This document shows positions 55,341 through 64,000 of a stretch of 64,000 nucleotides of DNA, piece after piece. The DNA lies in the IMG/VR virus record IMGVR_UViG_3300020172_005639, positions 56,523 to 120,522 of that record; one strand, written 5' to 3'. A program made the position numbers and the translations under genes. Positions within the stretch are counted from its first letter, which is position 1. Each line of letters opens with the position of its first letter. Source of the DNA: a virus. The notes under the pieces are model-generated. The model did no database searches and was not told the DNA's origin. It was given only the letters and a program-made list of their open reading frames with translations.

Positions 55341-55760
55341 ATGACCATAGAGTGGAAAGAGAAGCTGGCAGTATGGGAAAAGAAGGTTTCTTTGCTTAAA
55401 GAGCTCATCGCTCTGGAAGAAGAGCATGGCGATGTAGAGTCCAAGGATGCGTCGCCACGAAGGATTCTCAAGGCAGCCAAGCCAAAAAAGACCGCCAAGG
55501 TCAAGGAAAAGCCTGCTGCCAGCAACTACCGAGGCAAGGAAGTCAGCCTGCCCGAGCTGCTTGAGCGAATCGGTGCGCAGCACAAGAGGAGCTTCCGTTA
55601 CGAGGAGTTGGCAGTCCTGGTCATGGCCGCAGGCTACACCAGCGAGAGCGAGGACTTCAATAACATGATTTACCAAGCTCTTCAGAAGCTCACCAAGCGT
55701 GGTTCATTCGTGAAGGATGCCGATACAAGGTTGTATCGGTACGTTGGTCAGAAGTCCTAG
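55341..55760 (+). CDS. Putative winged-helix DNA-binding protein
   Basis: Coiled coil, Lys-rich linker, EL...AGYTS...IYQALQKL C-terminal domain. Confidence 0.6.
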   Translation: MTIEWKEKLAVWEKKVSLLKELIALEEEHGDVESKDASPRRILKAAKPKKTAKVKEKPAASNYRGKEVSLPELLERIGAQHKRSFRYEELAVLVMAAGYTSESEDFNNMIYQALQKLTKRGSFVKDADTRLYRYVGQKS

Positions 55761-55781
55761 TAAGGGAAAGGAGTTCTAGAT

Positions 55782-56105
55782 ATGGCTTTAACAACCAAGG
55801 CATCAAGGATCAGGTCGATCATCAAAGAGATCGGCGCAGACAGGCAAAACCCGCCATCCGATTGGAGGCAGAAGGTTGAGGCGACCTTGAAGAAAGAGGG
55901 CATAAAAGCCCACATTGTGACCATCTATCAGCAACGGAGCCTGTTGCTGAATGGCAGCAAGAAGGCCAAAAAACAGGCCGAGGCCCCAAACGCGCCTGTC
56001 ACTGTGCAGCAGGTGCTTGTCATCAAGAGCGTGGTGAAACAGCTTGGCAGTCTCAGCTCCGTTAAGAGCGCAATTGAGGTCTATGAGGCGATAGCCACCA
56101 ACTGA
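55782..56105 (+). CDS. Basic hypothetical (possible DNA-binding) protein
   Basis: SD AGGAG; 107 aa. Confidence 0.65.
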   Translation: MALTTKASRIRSIIKEIGADRQNPPSDWRQKVEATLKKEGIKAHIVTIYQQRSLLLNGSKKAKKQAEAPNAPVTVQQVLVIKSVVKQLGSLSSVKSAIEVYEAIATN

Positions 56106-56215
56106 CCCATAGTTAGTTGATTCGATGGCTTCGACGACCGTGGAGACGGGAGCTCTCCTCGACATCCTCTCGAGGATTTGCCTCCTCTTGGATGCAGCGT
56201 TGGAGGTGAGCCCTG

Positions 56216-56851
56216 ATGTCTGACTACCCTTGGAAGCCCTGGTGGGCTCCCGTTCTCAACGAGTCGGGGCTGCACCCGCACCTGCCGGAGGAGATGGCGG
56301 GGGGCTTCACGGCGGCGGACGGCGGCTCGACGGAGTACGAGGTTCTGAACTGGCTGCACGCCACGGTGCGGGCCATGAAGCCTGGTTTCGTGCTCGAGAC
56401 GGGGGGCTTCCGTGGGATAGGGACTGCCGCCTTGGCGCATGCCTGCAAGCTGAACGGCCACGGGAGGGTGGTTTGCCTCGAGCACGACGGGAACTCGTGC
56501 GCAAGGATTGAGGAGACATTGGAGGACTGCGGCCTGAAGTCTTGGGCGGACGTGCACTGGGCGTCGTCCACAGACTTCCTGCTCGAGCACGACATGCGCT
56601 ATGATATCGCCTTCTTTGACAGTGACGTGTCCACGAGGGCTGTGGAGTGCGGCATAATGCTCAAGAGAGGTCTTCTGGGCAAGGTGGGGGTCTTCCACGA
56701 CACGAACGAGGGCATGGCAGGGGACGAGGAGAACCGCAGGGTGCAGGCGGCCTACAGAAGGCAGATACTGCTGCTCTCCAAGCACCCGTCCTGCACGGGG
56801 ATGATGGAGTCGAAGCTCTCCCGTGGCTTCACGGCGCTCTTCGTCCGGTAA
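56216..56851 (+). CDS. Class I SAM-dependent O-methyltransferase-like protein
   Basis: KPGFVLETG..GIGT, YDIAFFDS, FHDT; SD GGAGG. Confidence 0.82.
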   Translation: MSDYPWKPWWAPVLNESGLHPHLPEEMAGGFTAADGGSTEYEVLNWLHATVRAMKPGFVLETGGFRGIGTAALAHACKLNGHGRVVCLEHDGNSCARIEETLEDCGLKSWADVHWASSTDFLLEHDMRYDIAFFDSDVSTRAVECGIMLKRGLLGKVGVFHDTNEGMAGDEENRRVQAAYRRQILLLSKHPSCTGMMESKLSRGFTALFVR

Positions 56852-56893
56852 AAAAGTTCGGCTCAGCATAAATAAAATCATGCTTGAAAATGA

Positions 56894-56923
56894 GAGAGGC
56901 GCCCAAGTGGCGCCTCTTTTTTT
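56894..56923 (+). terminator. Intrinsic terminator
   Basis: GAGAGGCGCC CAAGT GGCGCCTCTTTTTTT. Confidence 0.8.
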
Positions 56924-56996
56924 ATAGTTGACAAGCCAGAAAACCCCGCACTCTTTTATACTTCTGGTTTACCAGAGGGCTTTTGCGAGGTGAATA

Positions 56997-58229
56997 TTGG
57001 CTAGGAAAAAAACGCCTGTCTGTGATTTTTGCTCCAGAGGTGCAAGTTTGGCAGGCACTCTCATAGAGGGTCCTGCCCACAAGGGGAAGTCTTCGACTTC
57101 AAGGAGCTACATTTGCGCCGGCTGCGTGGCCCTGTGTCAGATGGTCTTGGAGGACAAGGAATCGCAGCACGTCCTTTTGCCGGGCATGGTGGTATCTCCC
57201 CGTATGATCGTGGAACACTTAGACAGATCGGTCATAGGGCAGGACAGGGCCAAGAGGATGCTTGCTGTGGCCGTGAGCAGCCACTACAAGAGGTTGCACA
57301 GCAAATCCGAAGGTTTCACCGACCCATACAGGGAAGTGAGGATTGAGAAGTCCAACATACTGATGATCGGACCAACTGGGTGCGGCAAGACTTGCCTCGC
57401 CAAAAGCCTTGCCGAAATCATGCAGGTGCCATTCTCAATCGGTGATGCGACGACGATCACAGAGGCCGGCTACGTGGGCGAGGACGTGGAGAACCTCGTT
57501 CTCAAGCTGCTTAGGGCCGCTGACATGAACGTCGCCAAGGCCCAGACGGGCATCATCTTCGTGGATGAGATAGACAAGATAGCCAAGAAGACACAGGGAG
57601 TCAGCCTCACGCGCGACGTTTCCGGCGAGGGCGTTCAGCAGGCTCTGCTGAAGATTCTTGAAGGCACAAATTGCAATGTGCCTCCACAGGGCGGCAGAAA
57701 GCACCCGGAGCAGCAATACATCCAGATCGACACCACCGATATACTCTTTGTCTGCGGAGGAGCGTTTGTGGGCCTCGACGAAATTGTACAGAGGAGGCTC
57801 GGGGCTTCTCGCATGGGATTCAGGAACGATCCCTCTCCCTCAGAGATAAGCATAGAGATGGTTACATCGGAGGACCTTATAGAGTTTGGTTTCATCCCCG
57901 AATTCGTAGGTCGTCTACCTGTGCACGCCACTCTCAAAGACCTCGATGAGACTACCCTCTTTTCCATTCTGACAGAGCCAACCAGTTCAATAGTCAAGCA
58001 GTACAAGAAGATTTGCATGATGGATGGCGTGGCACTGGACTTTACTGAAGGCGCACTGAAGCTCATTGCAAAGAAGGCGAAAGAGACTAAGATGGGGGCT
58101 AGGAGCCTCCGCAGCATCATGGAGGGCTTCATGACCGACATCTTATTCAATTGCCCCGATAAAGCAGGGAGTTCAATAGTTGTCGACGAGGCAATAGTTC
58201 ATGGCGAACCAGCGAGGTTCATCGCATAG
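56997..58229 (+). CDS. clpX: ATP-dependent Clp protease ATPase subunit ClpX
   Basis: N-terminal C4 zinc finger; [15 protein letters not shown]; [17 protein letters not shown]; DEIDKI; [14 protein letters not shown]; GARSLR. Confidence 0.96.
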   Translation: MARKKTPVCDFCSRGASLAGTLIEGPAHKGKSSTSRSYICAGCVALCQMVLEDKESQHVLLPGMVVSPRMIVEHLDRSVIGQDRAKRMLAVAVSSHYKRLHSKSEGFTDPYREVRIEKSNILMIGPTGCGKTCLAKSLAEIMQVPFSIGDATTITEAGYVGEDVENLVLKLLRAADMNVAKAQTGIIFVDEIDKIAKKTQGVSLTRDVSGEGVQQALLKILEGTNCNVPPQGGRKHPEQQYIQIDTTDILFVCGGAFVGLDEIVQRRLGASRMGFRNDPSPSEISIEMVTSEDLIEFGFIPEFVGRLPVHATLKDLDETTLFSILTEPTSSIVKQYKKICMMDGVALDFTEGALKLIAKKAKETKMGARSLRSIMEGFMTDILFNCPDKAGSSIVVDEAIVHGEPARFIA

Positions 58230-58238
58230 GGGCAATCA

Positions 58239-58859
58239 ATTCTGCGTATCATAGGCGATGTTCATGGAAAGATCGGCGAATATCTAGCGCTGGCTAGGGA
58301 GTCCGATATGTCCCTCCAGGTGGGCGACCTCGGCTTCAACTACAAAATGCTTCATGATCTACCCGTGGACAGCCATAAGGTCGTGGCAGGCAACCATGAC
58401 AACTACTCCGTTGAGGACGGTAGGTTCTTCATGCAAACGGCTCATTTCTTGGGCGACTTCGGCATACACAACTTTGCTGGCATAGGCGACATATTTTTCG
58501 TAAGGGGTGGCAGGAGCATCGACAGGGATCAAAGGACGCCGATGGTCGATTGGTGGCCCGAAGAGGAACTATCGGCAGATAAAAGGCATGAGGCTTTACT
58601 AGAATATATCAGAGTTAAGCCGGACATAGTGGTAACGCACGAGTGCCCGGCCTCCATCATCGGCCATGTCAGCAGAATAAGCAGCTGGAATGGCTCGCCG
58701 ATAGAGCCCAGCGACACATCAAGGCTCCTGGACTCTATGATGGAGTTGCATTCGCCAAGGCTTTGGTTTTTCGGGCACTTCCACAAATCTTGGCGTTGCA
58801 AGTTGTTGGGCACTGAATTCATTTGTCTCGACGAGCTTGAGTCTTTAGATTTGAGTTAG
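58239..58859 (+). CDS. Metallophosphoesterase with probable non-canonical (ATT/CTG) start
   Basis: LRIIGDVHG lies upstream of the first ATG (58308); QVGDLG, GNHD, VTHECP, FGHFH. Confidence 0.8.
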   Translation: MLRIIGDVHGKIGEYLALARESDMSLQVGDLGFNYKMLHDLPVDSHKVVAGNHDNYSVEDGRFFMQTAHFLGDFGIHNFAGIGDIFFVRGGRSIDRDQRTPMVDWWPEEELSADKRHEALLEYIRVKPDIVVTHECPASIIGHVSRISSWNGSPIEPSDTSRLLDSMMELHSPRLWFFGHFHKSWRCKLLGTEFICLDELESLDLS

Positions 58860-58883
58860 GACAGAAAGTCTTAAGGGGCTGAT

Positions 58884-59486
58884 GTGAATTACAAAGTAGC
58901 AACCTGCTTTTCTGATGACACTTGGCAGGCTTATGGCCTGTCTTGGTTGCAACATGCAAAATCTGCAAGGCTCAAAGGGTTTGTGGTTGGCCTAGGCCTG
59001 TCAGAGGATGCTTTGCGATCCGTTACAGAGATGGGTTTTGAGTATCTAGGCATCCCTATGCAGCCAAGGATGCGGGCCGAAGTCTTCCAGTCATTCGCTG
59101 TTAAGCTAGAAAAGGGCGAATTCTGTCTGTGGACGAGGCCAAACGTCAAACCGCACGCAGAGTTACAGACAAGCATGGATGTTCTGGTCGGCACCTCCGG
59201 GGCCAGCGTGGACGACCTATGCCAATCTGTCATCAACCTATACGACAGGGTCGCTATGGCCGCATCAATCAAGGACAGGGTCGTCAAGAACTACGGAAGC
59301 GTACTTAGCACGGAGTACATTCTGGGCAATCGCGAGTTTTGGATTGGATTCTCCGGCTGCCACTCTTATCTCGGCGGTAAGGAGTACATAGACCAGCTGC
59401 TGCCTTGCGAGGACCTCGTGCTGAACTTTTTCATGGCATTCGCCAATTCATTCTCAATTGAGGTTGCCCCCTACAAAGAGGGCTGA
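58884..59486 (+). CDS. Hypothetical protein (possible degenerate GT-A-like)
   Basis: 200-aa ORF; GTG start. Confidence 0.6.
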   Translation: MNYKVATCFSDDTWQAYGLSWLQHAKSARLKGFVVGLGLSEDALRSVTEMGFEYLGIPMQPRMRAEVFQSFAVKLEKGEFCLWTRPNVKPHAELQTSMDVLVGTSGASVDDLCQSVINLYDRVAMAASIKDRVVKNYGSVLSTEYILGNREFWIGFSGCHSYLGGKEYIDQLLPCEDLVLNFFMAFANSFSIEVAPYKEG

Positions 59487-59510
59487 CCAACAAACCAAAG
59501 GCCACCACCA

Positions 59511-59918
59511 ATGAGCAAAGTCCTCTTCGTGTATGGAACCCTGAAGCAGGGTTTTCCAAATCACACACACATTTCCTCCGAAAGATACCTCGGCATCGCT
59601 CTCACGTCTCCAAGATACGAGATGTACCGGTATGGCAGCTATCCCGCCCTATTGATCGGCGGCGAATCGCCTACAGCAATACATGGGGAGCTTTACGAGG
59701 TCGGCGACTCCTCGCTCGTTAGGCTTGATAAGCTTGAGGGCGTGGATTCAAACTTGTTTGAGCGCAAGGAGATCGAACTTGCCCAGGCAACTTTGACTAG
59801 GTTGCCAGTCACTCAGTCTTCATACGACTCTATCGCATCGCTTAAGGTCGACGCCTACTTCTTCAAGAAGCCTGTTCAGGGAGCAGCAAACTGTGGTTCG
59901 TTCTGGGGTGCCAGATGA
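59511..59918 (+). CDS. Gamma-glutamylcyclotransferase (AIG2-like)
   Basis: LFVYGTLKQGFPNH, YPAL, GELYEV, LDKLEG. Confidence 0.9.
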   Translation: MSKVLFVYGTLKQGFPNHTHISSERYLGIALTSPRYEMYRYGSYPALLIGGESPTAIHGELYEVGDSSLVRLDKLEGVDSNLFERKEIELAQATLTRLPVTQSSYDSIASLKVDAYFFKKPVQGAANCGSFWGAR

Positions 59919-60322
59919 TTATCGAGGGTGCCTTGCTGCTCCTTGCTGGAGCGTTTGTGGCAAGTATCTTCTGGGGCATTCGTTACATGGGCGCACGAGA
60001 TGAGCTCAGACTCGTGCAAAGTCATGCGATTATGGAGGATCTTGAGCTTGCGACGACTGATCAATTGCTTAAGGAGTTCCGGGGTAGGCCAGAAAACGTG
60101 TATGTCATACTTACGCCCATAGACAACAAAGAAGAGCAGGGCCTCAAGATAGAAATCAACAACATATCTGCACATGACGGACTTGTCATACTGAAGCTGG
60201 CTTCGACAATAATTCACAGGGAAATGGAGTCTAGGGGAATGAAAGTCCCAGACATTGACTCCGAGTTGCTTGTGGAGCAGGAAGAGGACGAGGGCGATAA
60301 TCCTGAAGACCGTAAGGAGTGA
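59915..60322 (+). CDS. Membrane-anchored hypothetical protein
   Basis: N-terminal TM helix; ATGA overlap. Confidence 0.7.
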   Translation: MIIEGALLLLAGAFVASIFWGIRYMGARDELRLVQSHAIMEDLELATTDQLLKEFRGRPENVYVILTPIDNKEEQGLKIEINNISAHDGLVILKLASTIIHREMESRGMKVPDIDSELLVEQEEDEGDNPEDRKE

Positions 60323-60329
60323 TACCAGC

Positions 60330-61484
60330 ATGCGTTGCGCAAAGTTTGTTCTGAACACTATGGTTAAAAACGAGAGCCACTGCATCATCAGGATGCTTTC
60401 CTCGGTCGCCCCCTACATCGACTACTGGGTCATCCAAGACAACGGATCGACGGACGGAACCCAGGACATGATCCGCAGCTTCTTCGCAGAGCGCAAGATA
60501 CCTGGCCAACTGTATGAGATTGAGTGGAGCGGAATCCCCGGTAAGAACCGTGACCATGCTCTCCAGACATGCAGGGGCATTGACCATGGGTGCGACTGGA
60601 TTCTTCGCGTCGATTCTGATGAGACCATACAGGTTGACTCCGCCTTCGACTGGTCTGTCTTCGACGATCTAAACGCTATGAGCTTCAACGTTCTTGCACA
60701 GCAGGGGAACTGCAAGTATTACCGGACTTGGATATGGAACGCCAAGCTTTCATGGCACTTCAAGCACGATAAGCGTCATGAGTGCATATACCTTGAGGAC
60801 TTGGGAGAGGAATTTGAGCGAAGGCCACTGAATGAGTCCTACCGCCACATGGTCTTCGGCGACGGCAAGACGTGGTCCGACCCCTACAAGTTTATGATCG
60901 ACGCCCTTGAGCTGGAACGCGACCTGCTTATCAAGGACCAGCTCCACCTCGACCGCTACCACTTGATGTACTTGGCGAAAAGCTACCGTGACTACTGCTG
61001 CGACTGGAGGAGCAAGTTCCCTCTCGGCGACCCATACAGGATGGAGGCGGCGCGTCGGGGCCTTTTCCTTTTTGAGAGGCTGATGCACATTCACCATGGC
61101 TACCCAGAAAGCAAGCCAACGCATATCGATGAAAACTGTTACATGGTGATGATCTTTTGCGGAGAACTCTACGAGGCCCTGAAAGACGAGGAAAGCGCGC
61201 TCAGGTGTTATTTGCAGGCAGATCCCTTCTGCCCAGAAAGGAACGAGCACCTTGTTGCTGCGGCTAGGATATACAGGTCTAGAAGCTTGAGGCTCGCATC
61301 ACAGAACACTCTGCAATCTAGAGCGGAGGCCGAACTGTTTAGGAGCCGAATGGCTCTAGTCATGTCCCCGGAGAGGCGAAATCCATTCCCCAGGTTTGTC
61401 GTCTTTCTCGACACTAACTGCTACTACGACTCCAGCGACCAACCCTCCAAGCTTTATGCCGAGGCCGTCGCCATGTCCTCTTAG
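60330..61484 (+). CDS. GT2 glycosyltransferase with TPR-like C-terminus
   Basis: MVKNESHCI, DNGSTDGT, VDSDE, HE, YLAKSYRD, PERNE. Confidence 0.85.
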   Translation: MRCAKFVLNTMVKNESHCIIRMLSSVAPYIDYWVIQDNGSTDGTQDMIRSFFAERKIPGQLYEIEWSGIPGKNRDHALQTCRGIDHGCDWILRVDSDETIQVDSAFDWSVFDDLNAMSFNVLAQQGNCKYYRTWIWNAKLSWHFKHDKRHECIYLEDLGEEFERRPLNESYRHMVFGDGKTWSDPYKFMIDALELERDLLIKDQLHLDRYHLMYLAKSYRDYCCDWRSKFPLGDPYRMEAARRGLFLFERLMHIHHGYPESKPTHIDENCYMVMIFCGELYEALKDEESALRCYLQADPFCPERNEHLVAAARIYRSRSLRLASQNTLQSRAEAELFRSRMALVMSPERRNPFPRFVVFLDTNCYYDSSDQPSKLYAEAVAMSS

Positions 61485-62086
61485 TACCTAATCACGAGAA
61501 TGTTGTGCCGGTTGAGCTTGGAGGCGTCCCTGACGTCCCTTTGGCGAACCTTCTTCCCCACCATCTCCATGCGCTGGATCATCACGCGCTGGGCTTGCTC
61601 GGAAAGGGGCATGAAAAAGCTAGGCTTGGCATTCGCCAACTGTCCGTAGTCTGGACGCAGCGGATTAAGAATTGGCTCCTCAACTTCTTGAAGCTCCATC
61701 GTGGAGGTCACGAAACAGGATTGCTCCTTGTTATAAAACGGCGTCACGTCTATGAGCCTGTCCGAGACCCTGATCACTGAATGGTCGGTCATCTCCAGCA
61801 CGCCGTTGGCCGTGACCTCCACCTTGAATCCACGAACCCACTGGCCGCCGAAGTGCGACGCAAGGTCAGCGCAGTTTTGGTGCGATCTAGCCTTGGGCGC
61901 TCCAAGCGGGATGACTTGAGCGAACTCAATATGCCCGTCGGTCACCAGCCTAATCGCTTCTAGCGCGTCCTGGTCGTCGGCTTTAGGCAGTGCATATCCC
62001 ATTTCGTCGAACTCGTATCCATGGCGACCCGGTTGCTCCTCGCGCTTACGTGGGGACTTCGACATTATTTCCCATAGGTCTTCCAT
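61481..62086 (-). CDS. Hypothetical protein
   Basis: C..N...H(S)V....LIDVTP pattern, weakly transglutaminase-like. Confidence 0.6.
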   Translation of the reverse strand: MEDLWEIMSKSPRKREEQPGRHGYEFDEMGYALPKADDQDALEAIRLVTDGHIEFAQVIPLGAPKARSHQNCADLASHFGGQWVRGFKVEVTANGVLEMTDHSVIRVSDRLIDVTPFYNKEQSCFVTSTMELQEVEEPILNPLRPDYGQLANAKPSFFMPLSEQAQRVMIQRMEMVGKKVRQRDVRDASKLNRHNILVIRY

Positions 62087-62718
62087 CAAGATGCCCTTGA
62101 AAGTACGACTATGGCTTCTACTGCGAGGGCCATGGTGTTGATTGAGTAGTAAGGGGTAATCTTGGAAACTATCTCGTGAACCTTTAGCGGGTCATAGTAA
62201 AAGACCATGCTGTTATCGAACTTTACGTCGGCCTGCTGGACTGTCAGGGTGACCCCGACGCGCCGCCCACAGAGGTCGAAGCATCTCTGGAGCGCCGTGC
62301 GAAGGTATTCATACTGCGAGGCAGAGCTCTCAAGGTCTGCTCTCAGGTTGAAAGTTCCGAGTGCAGTGACCACATCGGCCTGCTGTAAATCAAGTTCAAA
62401 GAAGTCCCCGAGGACAAATTTGGGCTTCGGCTCAGGAAGCCTTCTCGCCTGGTCTTTCTTGGTTGCCTTGCAAATCGCCTCGCCGCTCAGATCCACGCCT
62501 GTATAGGCGAGGCCACCCATTCGCATCTTGAGAGTTGCGCCAAGATCGCCATGGCCGCAACCTATGTCCAGAACTGAAGTGTATGGGTGAACCACTCCTG
62601 ACATAATGGAAAAGCTGGCATACTGCTGCTCTTCCGTCAGGTAGAGGCTCGCTCTCCAGGACTCGTCATGCTTTGCAGATGCGGCATCAAATATTGACCT
62701 TATGTCATGGCTGTTCAC
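62086..62718 (-). CDS. Class I SAM-dependent methyltransferase
   Basis: SVLDIGCGHGDL, YTGVDLS, GDFF, GTFN. Confidence 0.88.
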   Translation of the reverse strand: MNSHDIRSIFDAASAKHDESWRASLYLTEEQQYASFSIMSGVVHPYTSVLDIGCGHGDLGATLKMRMGGLAYTGVDLSGEAICKATKKDQARRLPEPKPKFVLGDFFELDLQQADVVTALGTFNLRADLESSASQYEYLRTALQRCFDLCGRRVGVTLTVQQADVKFDNSMVFYYDPLKVHEIVSKITPYYSINTMALAVEAIVVLSRAS

Positions 62719-63218
62719 TTGCCCTCCGGCTTCTGCTGGGGCGCATCACTGTCTTTTTTCATCATGGCGTTAGCAAACTCCTTGATGGCCGTCTTCACGT
62801 CGTCATGGCCCGACAGTATGTTGTTGATCGCTTTCATGTACTCCTCACGGCCCTTTGAAACGCCCTGTCCGTAGCCCTTCTCAAAGCCCATCTCCTGCAT
62901 GAAGTTGCTCTGCTCAAGGCCCCTTTGGTATCCGGCATGCCATATGGCGCTTATCTGGGATTGCTGTGGATCTACCTTCTGTACAACTGCGTTGATGCCC
63001 TCGTTGTAGCCCTGCATTCTGGCCAACTCCATTTGGTTCTGGTCGTAGGAGTTGAACCTTGTCCAGATCATCTCGCTCACCATGTCGTCGTTGATTCGGC
63101 TGCGCTTTGCCTCTATCTCCGACATGTAGTTGGATTTGGTGGCGACATAAGCCAGATATCCGTTAGCCCCTACCGAGCATGCAAGTATGGCCGCAAGCGT
63201 GAAAAGTGCCGTCTTCAT
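62715..63218 (-). CDS. Membrane-anchored protein with GxxxG (FliH/Yae1-like) repeats
   Basis: SD AGGAG before MKTALF; GYQRG, GFEKGYGQGVSKGREE. Confidence 0.65.
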   Translation of the reverse strand: MKTALFTLAAILACSVGANGYLAYVATKSNYMSEIEAKRSRINDDMVSEMIWTRFNSYDQNQMELARMQGYNEGINAVVQKVDPQQSQISAIWHAGYQRGLEQSNFMQEMGFEKGYGQGVSKGREEYMKAINNILSGHDDVKTAIKEFANAMMKKDSDAPQQKPEGK

Positions 63219-63667
63219 GATCCATCTCCTTGGATTGTGCGCCATGTGCAGGCGCGAAAATTGACGAGGGACTCTTGCTCTATACCATGGAACGCACCAA
63301 GGAGGAAGACTTTTTGATTTCGATTGGCAAGGTTGCGTGTCGATCAGCGCAAACTGCAGACCGGCCTTCTCAACGCATAGCACGGTTCTGCTTCGCAACT
63401 TGAGCGCGCTTCTCACGCACATAACCATGCTGCTGGACATATGCGTGATCAGCCATACGGGCGCGCCTTTCCTGTTGCTCGATTCCTTGAAGACCACGAA
63501 CATGATCACTTTAAAGCACCTGAACTTCGGCAATGCGTTGTCAAGTTTTACAGCAAAAAAACTTGACATATACCCAATCAATAACCCAGACAAACATAAT
63601 TTTTAAAAACCTATTGTTAAAACTGTACAGCTTGCTACAGCGACCTGACAGGGAGGCAGTCACCTAA

Positions 63668-63883
63668 TCATGCCTGGTGGCCCATTTTTGGCAGCCGGTT
63701 TGCGATATTGTTGGCTATGTCGTTTTTGATTTTCAAAAGTTGCTCATAAGAACTTTTGAAGAGATCCAAATCCAAGTTTTGAACGTCGACTGTAAAAGGC
63801 TGCTTGTCAAGAATTGCGCCTGTGTTCGGGTCGATCACAGCAAATACCGTGGTTATTTTAATGTCAGTGGCTGCAACTATCAT
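63668..63883 (-). CDS. Small hypothetical protein
   Basis: SD AGGAGG. Confidence 0.65.
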   Translation of the reverse strand: MIVAATDIKITTVFAVIDPNTGAILDKQPFTVDVQNLDLDLFKSSYEQLLKIKNDIANNIANRLPKMGHQA

Positions 63884-64000
63884 GAGCTTGTTCTCCTTCC
63901 TTTAAAAGAGCTTGGCTGTTTGCATTCCTGTCTATGCTCTATGCCAGCTCACAAAATTGATTAAAGTTTTCGATAAAAGTCTAAATAAAGCATGATTATG

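Noticed and set aside
56869-56927. TAAATA box with ATG 5 nt downstream (15-codon ORF)
   Set aside because: ORF runs through a terminator hairpin and is too short to support
63219-63593. N-terminal 125 aa of the 292-aa minus-strand ORF
   Set aside because: Strong SD and signal-like sequence at 63218 indicate the true start; the upstream part is unsupported

Overview
This window is a gene-dense, mostly plus-strand segment of a large lytic (jumbo/huge) bacteriophage genome read in the standard genetic code; the host is probably a Planctomycete (inference). It carries a PHP-less DnaE, a sigma-70-family factor, a minimal ATP-dependent ligase and a ParB-like protein. Host-like translation and proteostasis genes include bS21, IF-3, peptide deformylase, Pth2, two CsrA, DnaJ, GroES, ClpX and ClpS. 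There are also PhoH, MscL, many glycan-modifying enzymes (carbamoyltransferase, RfbB, glycosyltransferases, methyltransferases, 2OG-Fe oxygenases) and putative virion proteins behind TAnATA late-promoter boxes. The most unusual locus is a C5-cytosine methyltransferase at 46243-50136. It is split over four ORFs, one of them overprinted in the +1 frame, with an array of about 20 TRD-like modules and three copies of the C-terminal motif IX-X block. Other leads are apparently leaderless late mRNAs, capsid-targeting-like N-termini on a kinase and a protease, a phosphoesterase with no canonical start codon in frame behind clpX, a candidate k-turn RNA and several pseudoenzymes. No tRNA, rRNA or CRISPR array was recognised. 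All assignments are by eye; no database searches were run.
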